A stretch of DNA of 64,000 nt from Trueperaceae bacterium (GTDB taxonomy: Bacteria > Deinococcota > Deinococci > Deinococcales > Trueperaceae), in assembly GCA_034520945.1 (NCBI GenBank), contig JAXHNB010000005.1:512001-576000 (forward strand), written 5' to 3'. A model generated the notes under the pieces. It did no database searches, had not been told where the DNA came from, and saw only the letters and a list, made by a program, of their open reading frames with translations. Position numbers and translations under genes: made by a program. How positions within the stretch are numbered: the first letter of the stretch is position 1; every line of letters begins with the position of its first letter. Positions 10,046-20,496 of this stretch are shown one piece after another.

Positions 10046-11728
10046 ATGGAGCCGTCCTGGACCGTGCCGCTGTGGATCCTGGCCGCCTGGATGGTCGGGT
10101 CGTTGCCGTTGGGCGCGTGGTGGGTGCGGCACGCCACCGGCCTGGAACCCCGCGACGTGAACCCCCACCTGCTGGGCGTCGAGAACGTGTTCCGCCTGCT
10201 CGGCCCCCACGTCGCCGCGGTCGGATTCCTGCTGGACGTGCTGAAGGGCGCGGCGTGCGTGGCGGCGCTGCCGGCGCCGGGGGCGGCCGCGGTCGGGGTG
10301 CTGGCCGGCCACCTGTACCCCCCGCCGTGGCCGGGCGACGCGCGCGCGCCGCGCGGACGGGGAAACGGGGTTCTGGTCGGGGCGCTGGCCGCCCTCGCCC
10401 TGCGGGGCGCCGTGCCGCCCGCGGCGGTGTGGGTGGCGTCGCTGGCGTTCGCCGCCGCGCTGGCCCGCTGGCGCTACGTCACGCCGGCGACGCTGATCGG
10501 GCTGCTGCTGGCCCTGTTGGTGCCCGGCACGCCGACGCTGGTGGTCCTCGCCTGGTTAAGCCTGCTGGCGGTGCGGGGCGCCCCCGCGCTGGCCCGGATC
10601 GCGGACGGGACGGAGGCGCGGGTCGGGGCGCCGCCCGCCGTGCGCGGCCTACGACCCGGCCGGGTGCGGGCCGCCTTCATGATCCACCCCATGTCGGTGC
10701 CGGACCTGTGGCAGGCCCGCAGCCAGCGGTGGCTGTCGGGCCCGTACCGCCGCGGTTGGCTGCCCGAACCGCTGCTGCGGCGGGCGCTGCGGTGGCTGCG
10801 CCCCCAGGTGTACGGGGTGCTGCGCGGGGTTCGTCTCCCTGACGGGCGTGAACTGGAGACGGTCCTCATCGGCGGGCCGCTGCTGCCCGACCAGATCCGG
10901 AGCCACCCGGCGGAGGCCACGCAGATGGCGATCCGCGGCGCCGAGCTGGCCCGCGAGATGGGGGCGGAGGCGTTCGGGTTGGGCGCGTACTGGTCCACCG
11001 TCGGCGACAAGGGACGCGAGGTGCAAGCGGCGGTGCCGGACCTGCCGATCACGCACGGCGGGGCGTACACCGCCGCCACCGTCCGCGCGGCGATCCCGGG
11101 CCTGTTGGCGCGCTACCGGGCGCAGGGCGGCACCTTGGCGCGCACCACGGCGGCGGTGGTCGGCGCCAACGGCGTGGTGGCGTTCGGGGTCGCCCGCGCG
11201 TTGGCGCCCGAGGTGGGGTCGCTGCTGCTGATCGGCCGTGACGGCGCGCGCCTCGGGCGGAGCGCCGACACGCTGCGCCGCAAGCGCCCCGGGTTGGTCG
11301 TGGCGACCTCGACGCACATCGCCGACGTGGCCAGGGCCGACCTGGTGTTCACCGCCACCAACGAGCCCGGCCACGTGATCCGGCCCGAGCACGTGCGCCC
11401 GGGGGCCTGGATCTACGACCTGGGCCGGCCCGCCGACGTCTCACCGGCCGTGCGGGAGGTGCCGGGGGTGGAGCTGGTGCCCGGCGGCGTGGTGCGCCCG
11501 CCCGGCGCCACGCGCAGCCAGCTGGACCTGCACTTCGGCGAGGGGCTGGTGCCGGCGTGCCTGGCCGAGACGATGATCCTGGCCGCCACCGGCGCGGCGG
11601 ACCGGGCCTCCACCGGGCCCCTCACCCGCAGCGAGGACGTGGCGTGGTACCTGGCGCAGGGCGAGCGCCTGGGGTTCGAGATCGTCACCTACGACGCCCG
11701 CGTCGCGCGGGCGCCGGAGACGGCGTGA
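10046..11728 (+). CDS. PlsY-like membrane domain fused to an acyl-ACP-reductase-like (AAR/COG5322-type) NAD(P)-binding domain
   Basis: N-terminal GSLPLG, LDVLKG, LAGHLYP (PlsY fold). C-terminal AFMIHP, GLGAYWSTVG, THGGAYTA, VVGANGVVA, PACLAETMIL. Real gene is only the last ~560 aa of ORF 6650..11728; TACAAT box 7 nt upstream. Confidence 0.85.
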   Translation: MEPSWTVPLWILAAWMVGSLPLGAWWVRHATGLEPRDVNPHLLGVENVFRLLGPHVAAVGFLLDVLKGAACVAALPAPGAAAVGVLAGHLYPPPWPGDARAPRGRGNGVLVGALAALALRGAVPPAAVWVASLAFAAALARWRYVTPATLIGLLLALLVPGTPTLVVLAWLSLLAVRGAPALARIADGTEARVGAPPAVRGLRPGRVRAAFMIHPMSVPDLWQARSQRWLSGPYRRGWLPEPLLRRALRWLRPQVYGVLRGVRLPDGRELETVLIGGPLLPDQIRSHPAEATQMAIRGAELAREMGAEAFGLGAYWSTVGDKGREVQAAVPDLPITHGGAYTAATVRAAIPGLLARYRAQGGTLARTTAAVVGANGVVAFGVARALAPEVGSLLLIGRDGARLGRSADTLRRKRPGLVVATSTHIADVARADLVFTATNEPGHVIRPEHVRPGAWIYDLGRPADVSPAVREVPGVELVPGGVVRPPGATRSQLDLHFGEGLVPACLAETMILAATGAADRASTGPLTRSEDVAWYLAQGERLGFEIVTYDARVARAPETA

Positions 11729-12498
11729 AGGTGTTCCGGTTCCGCGGGGAGCTGGACGCCGACCCGCCCGAGGCGGCGGCGGTGTGGTCGGCGGGGTGCC
11801 GCGGCATGCAGCAGGACGGGCCCGACGTGTTGGCGTGGTTCGACGAGGAGGTGCCGCTGCCGGTGGCCGGGACCTGGTCGGCGGCGGACGACACCGACTG
11901 GTTGGAGGCGTACTACCGGGGCCTCGAGCCGGTCCGGTTCGACACGCTGGTGGTGGCGCCCAGCCACGCGCCGCTGACGCTACGTCCCGGACAGCGTCCC
12001 CTGTGGTTGGATCCCGGCATGGCGTTCGGGACCGGCCACCACGAGACCACCCGCATGATCCTGGCCGCATTGGACCGGACGCCGCTGGCCGGCCGGCGGG
12101 TGCTGGACGTCGGGGCGGGCTCCGGCATCCTGGCGATCGCCGCCGACCTGCTCGGCGCGGCCGAGGCGCGCGGCGTGGACAACGATCCCGGCACGGTGGC
12201 GGTCGCGCGGGAGAACGCCGCCCGGAACCGCTCGCGGGCCACGTTCGAGGCGGGCACCCTGCCGCCGGCGGGCGACGCCGCGCGGCCCGACCTGGTGGTC
12301 GCCAACCTGTTCGCCGAGCTGCACGTGCGGCTGTTGCCGGCCTACCGGGCCTCCCTCGCGCCCGGTGGGCGGCTGCTGATGAGCGGCATCCTGGCGGAGC
12401 GCGCGGCGCAGGTGCGGGCGGCGCGCCCGCCGGGCCTGCGCGCGGCGGACGCCGAAGTGGACGGGGACTGGACGATGCTGACGTGGGTACGGACGTGA
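11725..12498 (+). CDS. prmA: Ribosomal protein L11 methyltransferase
   Basis: LDPGMAFGTGHHETT, VLDVGAGSGILAI, VVANL; GTG overlaps the upstream stop. Confidence 0.95.
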   Translation: MKVFRFRGELDADPPEAAAVWSAGCRGMQQDGPDVLAWFDEEVPLPVAGTWSAADDTDWLEAYYRGLEPVRFDTLVVAPSHAPLTLRPGQRPLWLDPGMAFGTGHHETTRMILAALDRTPLAGRRVLDVGAGSGILAIAADLLGAAEARGVDNDPGTVAVARENAARNRSRATFEAGTLPPAGDAARPDLVVANLFAELHVRLLPAYRASLAPGGRLLMSGILAERAAQVRAARPPGLRAADAEVDGDWTMLTWVRT

Positions 12499-13211
12499 GG
12501 GCGCACCGCGTGCGCGTCGCCTCGTTGCGGGAGGGCCGCGTGTGGCTGTACGGCGGCGAGGCGCACCACCTGGCCCGCGTGCTGCGCAGCCGCCCGGGCG
12601 ACGCGGTCCGCGCCTTCGATGGCGACGGCCTCGAAGCGGAGGGGCGCGTCGCCGCGGTCGCGGGCGACCGCGTCGAGCTGTGCCTGGGGGCGCCGGCGGA
12701 GGCGGAGCGAGAGGCGCCGCTGTCGTTGACGCTGGTGGTGGGCCTGCTCAAGGGCGACAAGTTGACGCAGGTGGTGCGGCAGAGCACCGAGCTGGGCGTC
12801 GACGCGGTCGTGCCGGTGGTGTCGCGCCGCGCCGACGTGCCGCGCCTGTCGCCCGGCAAGGCGGAGCGCTTGGCGCGCGTGGCGGAGCAGGCGGCCAAAC
12901 AGAGCGGGCGCGCCCGCGTCCCACGCATCGGCCCGCCCCGACCCCTGGACGAGGTCGTCTGGGAGGGGCCGGCCTGGGTGGCCGACCCGCACGGCGGCAC
13001 GCCGATCCGGGAGCGCGGCCGCCAACTGGCGGAGGCGGGCGCCGCCCACCTGACGGTGTTCACGGGGCCGGAGGGCGGGTTCACGCCCGAGGAGGTCGAG
13101 GGGCTGCGCGGGCGGGGCGCCACGCCGGTGGCGTTGGGCCCCCGCGTGCTGCGCGCCGAAACGGCGCCGGTCGCGGTGGCTGCGGCGGTGCTGACCTGGT
13201 TGGCGCCGTGA
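12495..13211 (+). CDS. rsmE: 16S rRNA m3U1498 methyltransferase
   Basis: HHLARVLR, TELGV, GPEGGF, LGPRVLRAETA. Confidence 0.95.
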   Translation: MRAHRVRVASLREGRVWLYGGEAHHLARVLRSRPGDAVRAFDGDGLEAEGRVAAVAGDRVELCLGAPAEAEREAPLSLTLVVGLLKGDKLTQVVRQSTELGVDAVVPVVSRRADVPRLSPGKAERLARVAEQAAKQSGRARVPRIGPPRPLDEVVWEGPAWVADPHGGTPIRERGRQLAEAGAAHLTVFTGPEGGFTPEEVEGLRGRGATPVALGPRVLRAETAPVAVAAAVLTWLAP

Positions 13212-13618
13212 CGCGCCTGCTGCTGCTCCTGCTGGCCGGGCTGGCGTTGGTGGCGGCGCCGGCCTGCCGGCCGCTGTACGTGCCGCTGGTGCCGAGTGAA
13301 ACGTCGTTGCCGCCGGTGCCGGAGCGCCTGCGGTTGTCCGAGGTGCGGGTCGAGGCGAACGACGAGGTGCCGGTGGTGACGTTCGTGCCGCAGGGCGTGA
13401 CGTCCGAGGGGTGGCTGGCGGTGCAGTGGTTCCCGCCCTCGGGCGCGTCGGTGGCGTCGGCCAGCGTGTGGTTGTCCTCAGCGAGGGCGGGGGAGACCCT
13501 CCGCGTCCCGTTCCCGGACGACGTGCCCCGCACGCGCCAGGGTCGCTGGCGGGCGGTGCTGTCGTTCGAGGCGCGCATCCTGCGTCAGGTGTCGTGGGAG
13601 GAACCGCTGGCCCCCTGA
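13208..13618 (+). CDS. Hypothetical lipoprotein
   Basis: GTG overlaps the rsmE stop; hydrophobic signal ending VAAPA-C; compact beta-rich mature domain. Confidence 0.75.
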   Translation: MTRLLLLLLAGLALVAAPACRPLYVPLVPSETSLPPVPERLRLSEVRVEANDEVPVVTFVPQGVTSEGWLAVQWFPPSGASVASASVWLSSARAGETLRVPFPDDVPRTRQGRWRAVLSFEARILRQVSWEEPLAP

Positions 13619-13637
13619 CGCCGCCGGGCGTCAAGCG

Positions 13638-13668
13638 AACGCCCCGGACGCGGGGCGTCCGGGGCGTT
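13638..13668. terminator. Bidirectional hairpin between convergent operons
   Basis: Perfect 14-bp stem AACGCCCCGGACGC/GCGTCCGGGGCGTT. Confidence 0.7.
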
Positions 13669-13693
13669 GGCGCACGACCGGGTTCGGCCGGGG

Positions 13694-15886
13694 TCAGGCG
13701 GGCCTGGGGGCGGTGCGCGGCTGGCGTTGGCGGCTCTTGAACCACACCACCAGCGGCGACACGATGAACACGCTGGAGTACGTCCCTACGGCGATGCCGA
13801 TCAGCAGGGTGAGGCTGAAGTCGCGCAGCACGCTGCCGCCGAACAGCAGCAGCGACAGCACCGGCAGCAGGGTGGTGGCGCTGGTCATCACCGTGCGGGA
13901 CAGCGTCTGGTTGACGGACAGGTCGACGATCTCGTCGTAGCTGCGGTCGCGGGTGCGGCGCAGGTTCTCGCGGATGCGGTCCGCGATGATGATGGAGTCG
14001 TTCAGCGAGTAGCCCACCACGAACAACAGCGCCGCCAGCACCGGAATGCTGAACTGGGCGTTCACCAGGTCGATCACGCCCAGGGTGATGCCGACGTCGT
14101 GCACCGCGGCCAGCACCGCCGCGATGGCCACGATCCAGGTCGGCCAGAAGCGCGACGTGACGTACAGCAGGATCAGCATCAGGGCCATCCCGACGGCGTA
14201 CATGGCGCCGCGCCGCAGGTCGGACCCGACGGCCGGCCCGACGAAGTCGGCCTGCAACACGCGCGCGTTCAGCGACTCGGCCAGGGCGTTGGGGAACTCG
14301 CTGGCGACCGCTTCGTCCTGGGTGAGCCCCACCCGGACGCTGACCAGGTTCTCGCCGATGGTGCCGTCCTGCACCTCGACCACGGTGGCGCCCTCGCCGG
14401 ACACGCCGGTGAAGTCCAGCTGGTTGATGGCTCGGCGCACGTCCGCGATGGGGAGGGCCTCCTCGCCCTGCAGCAGCACCGAGGTGCCGCCGGTGAAGTC
14501 GGTCGACATCCGCAGGCCGGTCATGGCGACGCTGCCGATGGCGACCAACGCCAGCAGGGCCGAGATCGACATCACGATCGGCGCCTTCCGCACGAAGCGG
14601 TAGCGAATGCCGCGAAGGTAGAAGCCGCCGGGCATGCGGGGCCGCTTGAAGCGAAGGCTGGCGACGTCCAACATCCAGGGCACCACCACGGTGTTCACGA
14701 ACACGGCGGCGACGATGCCGATGGCCAGCGTGATGGCGAAGCCCCGTACCGGCCCGGTGGTGTACTGGTACAGCGCGGCGGTGGCCAGCAGCGTGGTGGC
14801 GTTGGCGTCGATGATGGCGGAGAGCGAGTTGCCGAAGCCGTTCTTCATGGCCAAGCGGAGGCCACGGCCGTCGCGGAGCTCCTCCTTGATCCGCTCGAAG
14901 CTGATCACGTTGCCGTCGACGGCGGCGCCGATGGTGAGCACCAGGCCCGCCAGGCCCGGCAGCGTCAACGCCGCGCCCAGGCCGGCCAGCACGCCGAACA
15001 CGAACAGCATCGCCAGCCCCAGCCCCAGCGTGAGCACCAGGCCGAACAGCGGACCGTAGTAGGCGATGATCGCGATGATCACCGCGGCCGCGCCGATGAA
15101 GGCGGCGGTGCGTCCGGCCGCGACGGAGTCCTGCCCCAGCGTGGGGCCGATGGCGCGGACCTCCTGCACCTGCAGGTTGATCGGCAGGCTGCCGCTCCGC
15201 AGCACCAGCGCGATGTCGGTGGCCTCCTCCAGGTCCTGGATGCCGGTGATCTGGCCCTGATCGCTGATGCGGGACTGCAGGGTGGGGGCGGTGATGATGT
15301 TGTCGTCCAGCACCACCGCCATGCGGCGCCCGGTGTTGGTGCCGGTGAAGTCGCCGAAGTCGCCGGTGTACTCGCGCTTGATGGTGAAGAACACCGCGGG
15401 GCCGGTGGACGCCCCCGCCACCTGCTGGAAGTCGGCGCGGGCGGTCTGGATGATCTCCCCGGTGAAGGTGGTCTCCTCCAGGTCGTCCAGCGTCAGCTGC
15501 TCCGAGGGCACGCTGTTGGCCTCGGGTCGTACCAGTGCGAACTCGAGCACCGCCTGCTGGCCGATCAGGTCGAGGGCGCGGTCCTGATCCTCGGAGGTGA
15601 GGCCGGGAAGCTCGACGACGACGCGGTTGCCGCCGCTGGTCTGAATCAGCGGCTCGGCGACGCCGAACTCGTTGACGCGGTTCTCGACGATGTTGCGGGC
15701 GGTCTGCATGTCCTCTTGCGCTGGGTTTGGCTCCTCGGCCTGCAGGACGACGCGGAGGCCGCCCTGCAGGTCGAGGCCCAGCTTCAGGCTGTCGGTTCCG
15801 GTCTGGTTCCACGGCTGCCACAGGTAGGCGATCGACGCCAGGACGGCGGCCAGGACGAGGGCGGCTGTGAAGGTTCGCTGGTTCAT
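13694..15886 (-). CDS. secDF: Fused protein translocase subunit SecDF
   Basis: LGLDLQGG, IGPTLG, AVDGNVISFERIKEE (SecD); DFTGG, VGYSLNDSIIIADRIREN (SecF). Confidence 0.97.
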   Translation of the reverse strand: MNQRTFTAALVLAAVLASIAYLWQPWNQTGTDSLKLGLDLQGGLRVVLQAEEPNPAQEDMQTARNIVENRVNEFGVAEPLIQTSGGNRVVVELPGLTSEDQDRALDLIGQQAVLEFALVRPEANSVPSEQLTLDDLEETTFTGEIIQTARADFQQVAGASTGPAVFFTIKREYTGDFGDFTGTNTGRRMAVVLDDNIITAPTLQSRISDQGQITGIQDLEEATDIALVLRSGSLPINLQVQEVRAIGPTLGQDSVAAGRTAAFIGAAAVIIAIIAYYGPLFGLVLTLGLGLAMLFVFGVLAGLGAALTLPGLAGLVLTIGAAVDGNVISFERIKEELRDGRGLRLAMKNGFGNSLSAIIDANATTLLATAALYQYTTGPVRGFAITLAIGIVAAVFVNTVVVPWMLDVASLRFKRPRMPGGFYLRGIRYRFVRKAPIVMSISALLALVAIGSVAMTGLRMSTDFTGGTSVLLQGEEALPIADVRRAINQLDFTGVSGEGATVVEVQDGTIGENLVSVRVGLTQDEAVASEFPNALAESLNARVLQADFVGPAVGSDLRRGAMYAVGMALMLILLYVTSRFWPTWIVAIAAVLAAVHDVGITLGVIDLVNAQFSIPVLAALLFVVGYSLNDSIIIADRIRENLRRTRDRSYDEIVDLSVNQTLSRTVMTSATTLLPVLSLLLFGGSVLRDFSLTLLIGIAVGTYSSVFIVSPLVVWFKSRQRQPRTAPRPA

Positions 15887-15941
15887 GATCCTCCTGGGAG
15901 GGGTGCGAGGGCGTTGGGGTCGGGCAAACGAGGCCGTCGCC

Positions 15942-16310
15942 TCATCCGCCCTCCAGGTTGCGCCTCGAGAACCAGCGTTGGGCGCGGGTGCGCCGGACCG
16001 GCGTGCGCGCGGCGGCCCGGGGCAGCGCCGGCAGCGTGTGGCGGCTGGCCCCGCGCCACGGCCGCACGCCCGGCGTGGCGGCGTCCCCGGTGAGGAGGGC
16101 GGGGACGTACGCGACCGACAGGAGCAGCGGCGGCGGGGGGGCGGCCAGCCCCGCGTGCAGCGGTACCGGCGCGCCGGCGGGCCCTTCGCCGACCGGCGGG
16201 GCGGGGTGCGCCGCGGCGCCCGCCGGCCACGCGCCCGCGCCCGCCGCCAGCAGGGCGGCGATCAGCGTGGTGCGCAGCCGCGCGGCGGCCGTGGGCGCCC
16301 CGCGTCGCAT
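15942..16310 (-). CDS. 122-aa secreted Pro/Ala-rich protein upstream of secDF; candidate translation-arrest (monitoring) peptide
   Basis: ATG overlaps the infB stop (TGATG); signal peptide MRRGAPTAAARLRTTLIAALLAAGAGAWPAGAAA; ends WFSRRNLEGG*, 55 nt before secDF. Confidence 0.7.
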   Translation of the reverse strand: MRRGAPTAAARLRTTLIAALLAAGAGAWPAGAAAHPAPPVGEGPAGAPVPLHAGLAAPPPPLLLSVAYVPALLTGDAATPGVRPWRGASRHTLPALPRAAARTPVRRTRAQRWFSRRNLEGG

Positions 16311-18145
16311 CAGGTGCCCGGCACCTCGACCATCTCGTACGCCTCGATGATGTCGCCCTCCTGGACGTTGTCGTAGTTGGACAGGTTGATGCCGCACTCG
16401 AACCCTTGCGTGACCTCGCGAACGTCGTCCTTGAAGCGCTTGAGGCCGGCGATGGAGCCCTTGTACGCCTCCTTGCCGCCCCGGTTGAGGCGCGCCTTGG
16501 CGCCACGCCGGATCACGCCGTGGGTGACGTACGACCCCGCGATGTTGCCGCTGCGCGGGACGCGGATCACCATGCGCACCTCGGCGTGGCCGAGCACCTT
16601 CTCCTCGAACTCCGGCTCGATCTGACCGCGGATCATGCGCTGCACGTCCTCGATCAGTTGGTAGATGATCTTGTACGTCTTGAGCGGGATGCCTTGGCGC
16701 TCGGCCGACTTCTTGACGCTGCCGGGCGGATTGACGCCGAAGGCGATCACCTGCGCGTCGCCGGTGGAGGCCAACAGCAGGTCCGACTCCGTCGGCGCGC
16801 CGACGTCGGCCAGCATGATGTCGATGTCCACGTCGTCGGTCGCTTCGGACTCGCGTTGCAGCACGCCCTTGATCGCTTCGAGGGTGCCCTGCGTGTCCGC
16901 TCGGACGATCAGGTTGATGGTGGCGACGTTGGGCTTGCCGAACAGGTCGGCCAGGGTGAGGTCCTTGCGTCCGATGTCGCCCCGCCCGGACGCCTTGCGC
17001 GCCTCTAGGCGCTCGCCCGCGATCCGCTTGGCGGTGGCCTCGTTCGGGGCGGCCACGACCGTGTCGCCGGCGCCGGGTTGCTCGCTGAAGCCGAGGATCT
17101 GGGCGGGCGTGCTGGGGCCCGCCTCCGAGATCTGCGAGCCGGTGTGATCGCTAAGGCGGCGGATCTTGGCCCACGCCTCGCCCGACACGACGTAATCGGC
17201 GACCCGCAGCGTGCCCTGCTGCACCAGGACGGTGGTGAGCACCCCGGCGCGCTTGTCGAGGAGCGACTCGACCACGACGCCTTCGAACGGTGCCTCGGGG
17301 TCGCCCCGCAGCTCCTGCACCTCGGCGACCAGCCCGATCATCTCGAGCAGGTCGGGGATGCCTTCGCCGGTGGTGGCGCTGATCGGCACCACGATGGTGT
17401 CCCCGCCGAAGTCCTCGGGCACCAGCTCGACCTGCATCAGGTCGCGCTTCACCTTCTCGGGGTCGGCGCGGGGCAGGTCGATCTTGTTGATCGCCACCAG
17501 GATCGGCACGCCGGCCGCCTTGGCGTGCGCGATCGCTTCGCGGGTCTGCGGCATGATGCTGTCGTCGGCCGCGACCACGATGACGGCGATGTCGGTGGCG
17601 TTGGCGCCGCGTTGACGGATGGCGGTGAACGCCTCGTGCCCGGGCGTGTCCAGGAAGGTGATCGGTCCACCGGCGGTCTCGGCCACGTAGGCGCCGATGT
17701 GCTGCGTGATGCCGCCCGCCTCGCCGGCCGCCACCCGTGTCTTACGGATGTAGTCCAGCAGCGAGGTCTTGCCGTGATCCACGTGCCCCATCACCGTCAC
17801 CACCGGGGCGCGGAGCGGGGCGCGTTCGGCCTCGGCGGTCGCCGTGGCGCTGGGCCCGGCGGCGGGCTGCTCCTTGACGGCCGTGCCGCCACGGGGGGCG
17901 TCGCCGCCGGACGCCGCGGTCGGTGCGGGCTCGGGCGCGGCCGGCGCGGGGACGTCGCCGCCCCCGCCGGCGCCCTCATCGCTGCTCTCGTCCACCAGCT
18001 GACGCACCGTCTCCGCCGTGTCGGCGTCCAGGGTGCTGGAGTGCGACTTGTACGCCACCCCCATGTCGTCGAGGATGGCGAGAAGCCTCTTGCTCTCGAT
18101 CCCCAGGTCCTTCGCGAGTTGGTAGATCCGTACCTTTTCGGACAT
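16310..18145 (-). CDS. infB: Translation initiation factor IF-2
   Basis: KVRIYQLAKDLG, GHVDHGKT, DTPGHEAF, NKID, GFECG. Confidence 0.97.
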   Translation of the reverse strand: MSEKVRIYQLAKDLGIESKRLLAILDDMGVAYKSHSSTLDADTAETVRQLVDESSDEGAGGGGDVPAPAAPEPAPTAASGGDAPRGGTAVKEQPAAGPSATATAEAERAPLRAPVVTVMGHVDHGKTSLLDYIRKTRVAAGEAGGITQHIGAYVAETAGGPITFLDTPGHEAFTAIRQRGANATDIAVIVVAADDSIMPQTREAIAHAKAAGVPILVAINKIDLPRADPEKVKRDLMQVELVPEDFGGDTIVVPISATTGEGIPDLLEMIGLVAEVQELRGDPEAPFEGVVVESLLDKRAGVLTTVLVQQGTLRVADYVVSGEAWAKIRRLSDHTGSQISEAGPSTPAQILGFSEQPGAGDTVVAAPNEATAKRIAGERLEARKASGRGDIGRKDLTLADLFGKPNVATINLIVRADTQGTLEAIKGVLQRESEATDDVDIDIMLADVGAPTESDLLLASTGDAQVIAFGVNPPGSVKKSAERQGIPLKTYKIIYQLIEDVQRMIRGQIEPEFEEKVLGHAEVRMVIRVPRSGNIAGSYVTHGVIRRGAKARLNRGGKEAYKGSIAGLKRFKDDVREVTQGFECGINLSNYDNVQEGDIIEAYEMVEVPGT

Positions 18146-18424
18146 TCATCCCTCCCGTGCGCTGCGTCGTGTCTCGAGGTGACGATCGAGCTGTTCGGCC
18201 ACCGCGCCCGCCTGCCCGCGGAATGCGCGGCGAAGATCCTTTTCCTTGGCCACGGCCGCGCAGTCGGGGCACACCCATGCCCCGCGCCCGCCGGCGGTGC
18301 CGTCCGGATCGAGGCGCCAGGTCCCGTCCTCCGCCCGCGCGATCCGCAGCAGGGCGGCCTTCGGGGCGGAGGTGCGGCAGCGTACGCAGCGCCGCAGGGG
18401 AACGTGGCGGCTCGTCGGCACCAT
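18146..18424 (-). CDS. ylxR: YlxR/RnpM family RNA-binding protein
   Basis: PLRRCVRCR, GRGAWVC; located between nusA and infB. Confidence 0.9.
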   Translation of the reverse strand: MVPTSRHVPLRRCVRCRTSAPKAALLRIARAEDGTWRLDPDGTAGGRGAWVCPDCAAVAKEKDLRRAFRGQAGAVAEQLDRHLETRRSAREG

Positions 18425-18426
18425 GG

Positions 18427-19785
<1,359 letters not shown>

Positions 19786-19810
19786 GCGTTCACTCCTATT
19801 CGGTTGTGGG

Positions 19811-20254
19811 TCAGCGCGGCTCGCTGGGCCATTCCGCCAACCGTGCGGTGTCGATGTCGTGCAGCGTGAGTTCCAGGCGTTCTCCGTCCACCTCGAACAC
19901 GACGTTCGTGTCACTGGCCTCCCGAATCACGCCGGTGAAGCTGCGTTCGCCGCTTCGGACCTTGGCGGCCAGGTCGTGGAAGCGGGCGAAGTGCCGGGCG
20001 CGGAACAGCGGCCGCTTGGCGCCGGGCGATTCGACCTCCAGCTGGTAGCGGCCCTGGAACGGGTCCAGGCGGTCCAACTCCAAGCCGAACGCTTCGCTGG
20101 CGGTCTGCACGTCGCCCACGGAGACGGTGCCTTCGTCCCAGCGATCGATGCGGACCAGCACCCGCGGGGTGCGCGTCTTGTGCGACACGTTCACCTCGAG
20201 CACTTCGAACCCGAGGGGCGTGAGCACCTCGGCTGCGGCCTGCGCCAGATCCAT
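19811..20254 (-). CDS. rimP: Ribosome maturation factor RimP
   Basis: ATG 20254 with GGAGG SD; YQLEVESPGAKRPL motif; first gene of the nusA-infB operon. Confidence 0.93.
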   Translation of the reverse strand: MDLAQAAAEVLTPLGFEVLEVNVSHKTRTPRVLVRIDRWDEGTVSVGDVQTASEAFGLELDRLDPFQGRYQLEVESPGAKRPLFRARHFARFHDLAAKVRSGERSFTGVIREASDTNVVFEVDGERLELTLHDIDTARLAEWPSEPR

Positions 20255-20349
20255 GCGTCCTCCCTGGTCCGTACCCGCCGACACCGTCCGTGCGCCGGTC
20301 GCGGCCGTGCGGGCCGCGTCCGGTGCCTTGGGGGGTCGGTCCTGCAATG

Positions 20350-20376
20350 AAAAGGGCGGGCTCGTCGAACCCACCC
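20350..20376 (-). terminator. Terminator/attenuator hairpin in the rimP-nusA 5' leader
   Basis: Minus strand GGGTGGGTTC-GAC-GAGCCCGCCC-TTTT between promoter and rimP. Confidence 0.75.
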
Positions 20377-20408
20377 GGCAAGGCAGTCGGACCAAACTTC
20401 CGCTCGGG

Positions 20409-20437
20409 AGTATAGCGCTCTGGCGCGCGTGCGACAA
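20409..20437 (-). promoter_or_regulatory. Sigma-A promoter of the rimP-nusA-ylxR-infB-secDF operon
   Basis: TTGTCG-17 nt-TATACT on the minus strand. Confidence 0.75.
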
Positions 20438-20458
20438 GGGACCGGACGACGCGCGGAC

Positions 20459-20488
20459 TTGTGCCGGGCGGGACGCAGCGGGTAGCAT
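20459..20488 (+). promoter_or_regulatory. Sigma-A promoter of the aminotransferase operon
   Basis: TTGTGC-18 nt-TAGCAT. Confidence 0.55.
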
Positions 20489-20496
20489 GCGACGCG

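Noticed and set aside
12342..16093. Long ORFs 12342..15821 (-) and 13667..16093 (+)
   Set aside because: Off-frame or antisense shadows of secDF and neighbours, expected at this GC content.
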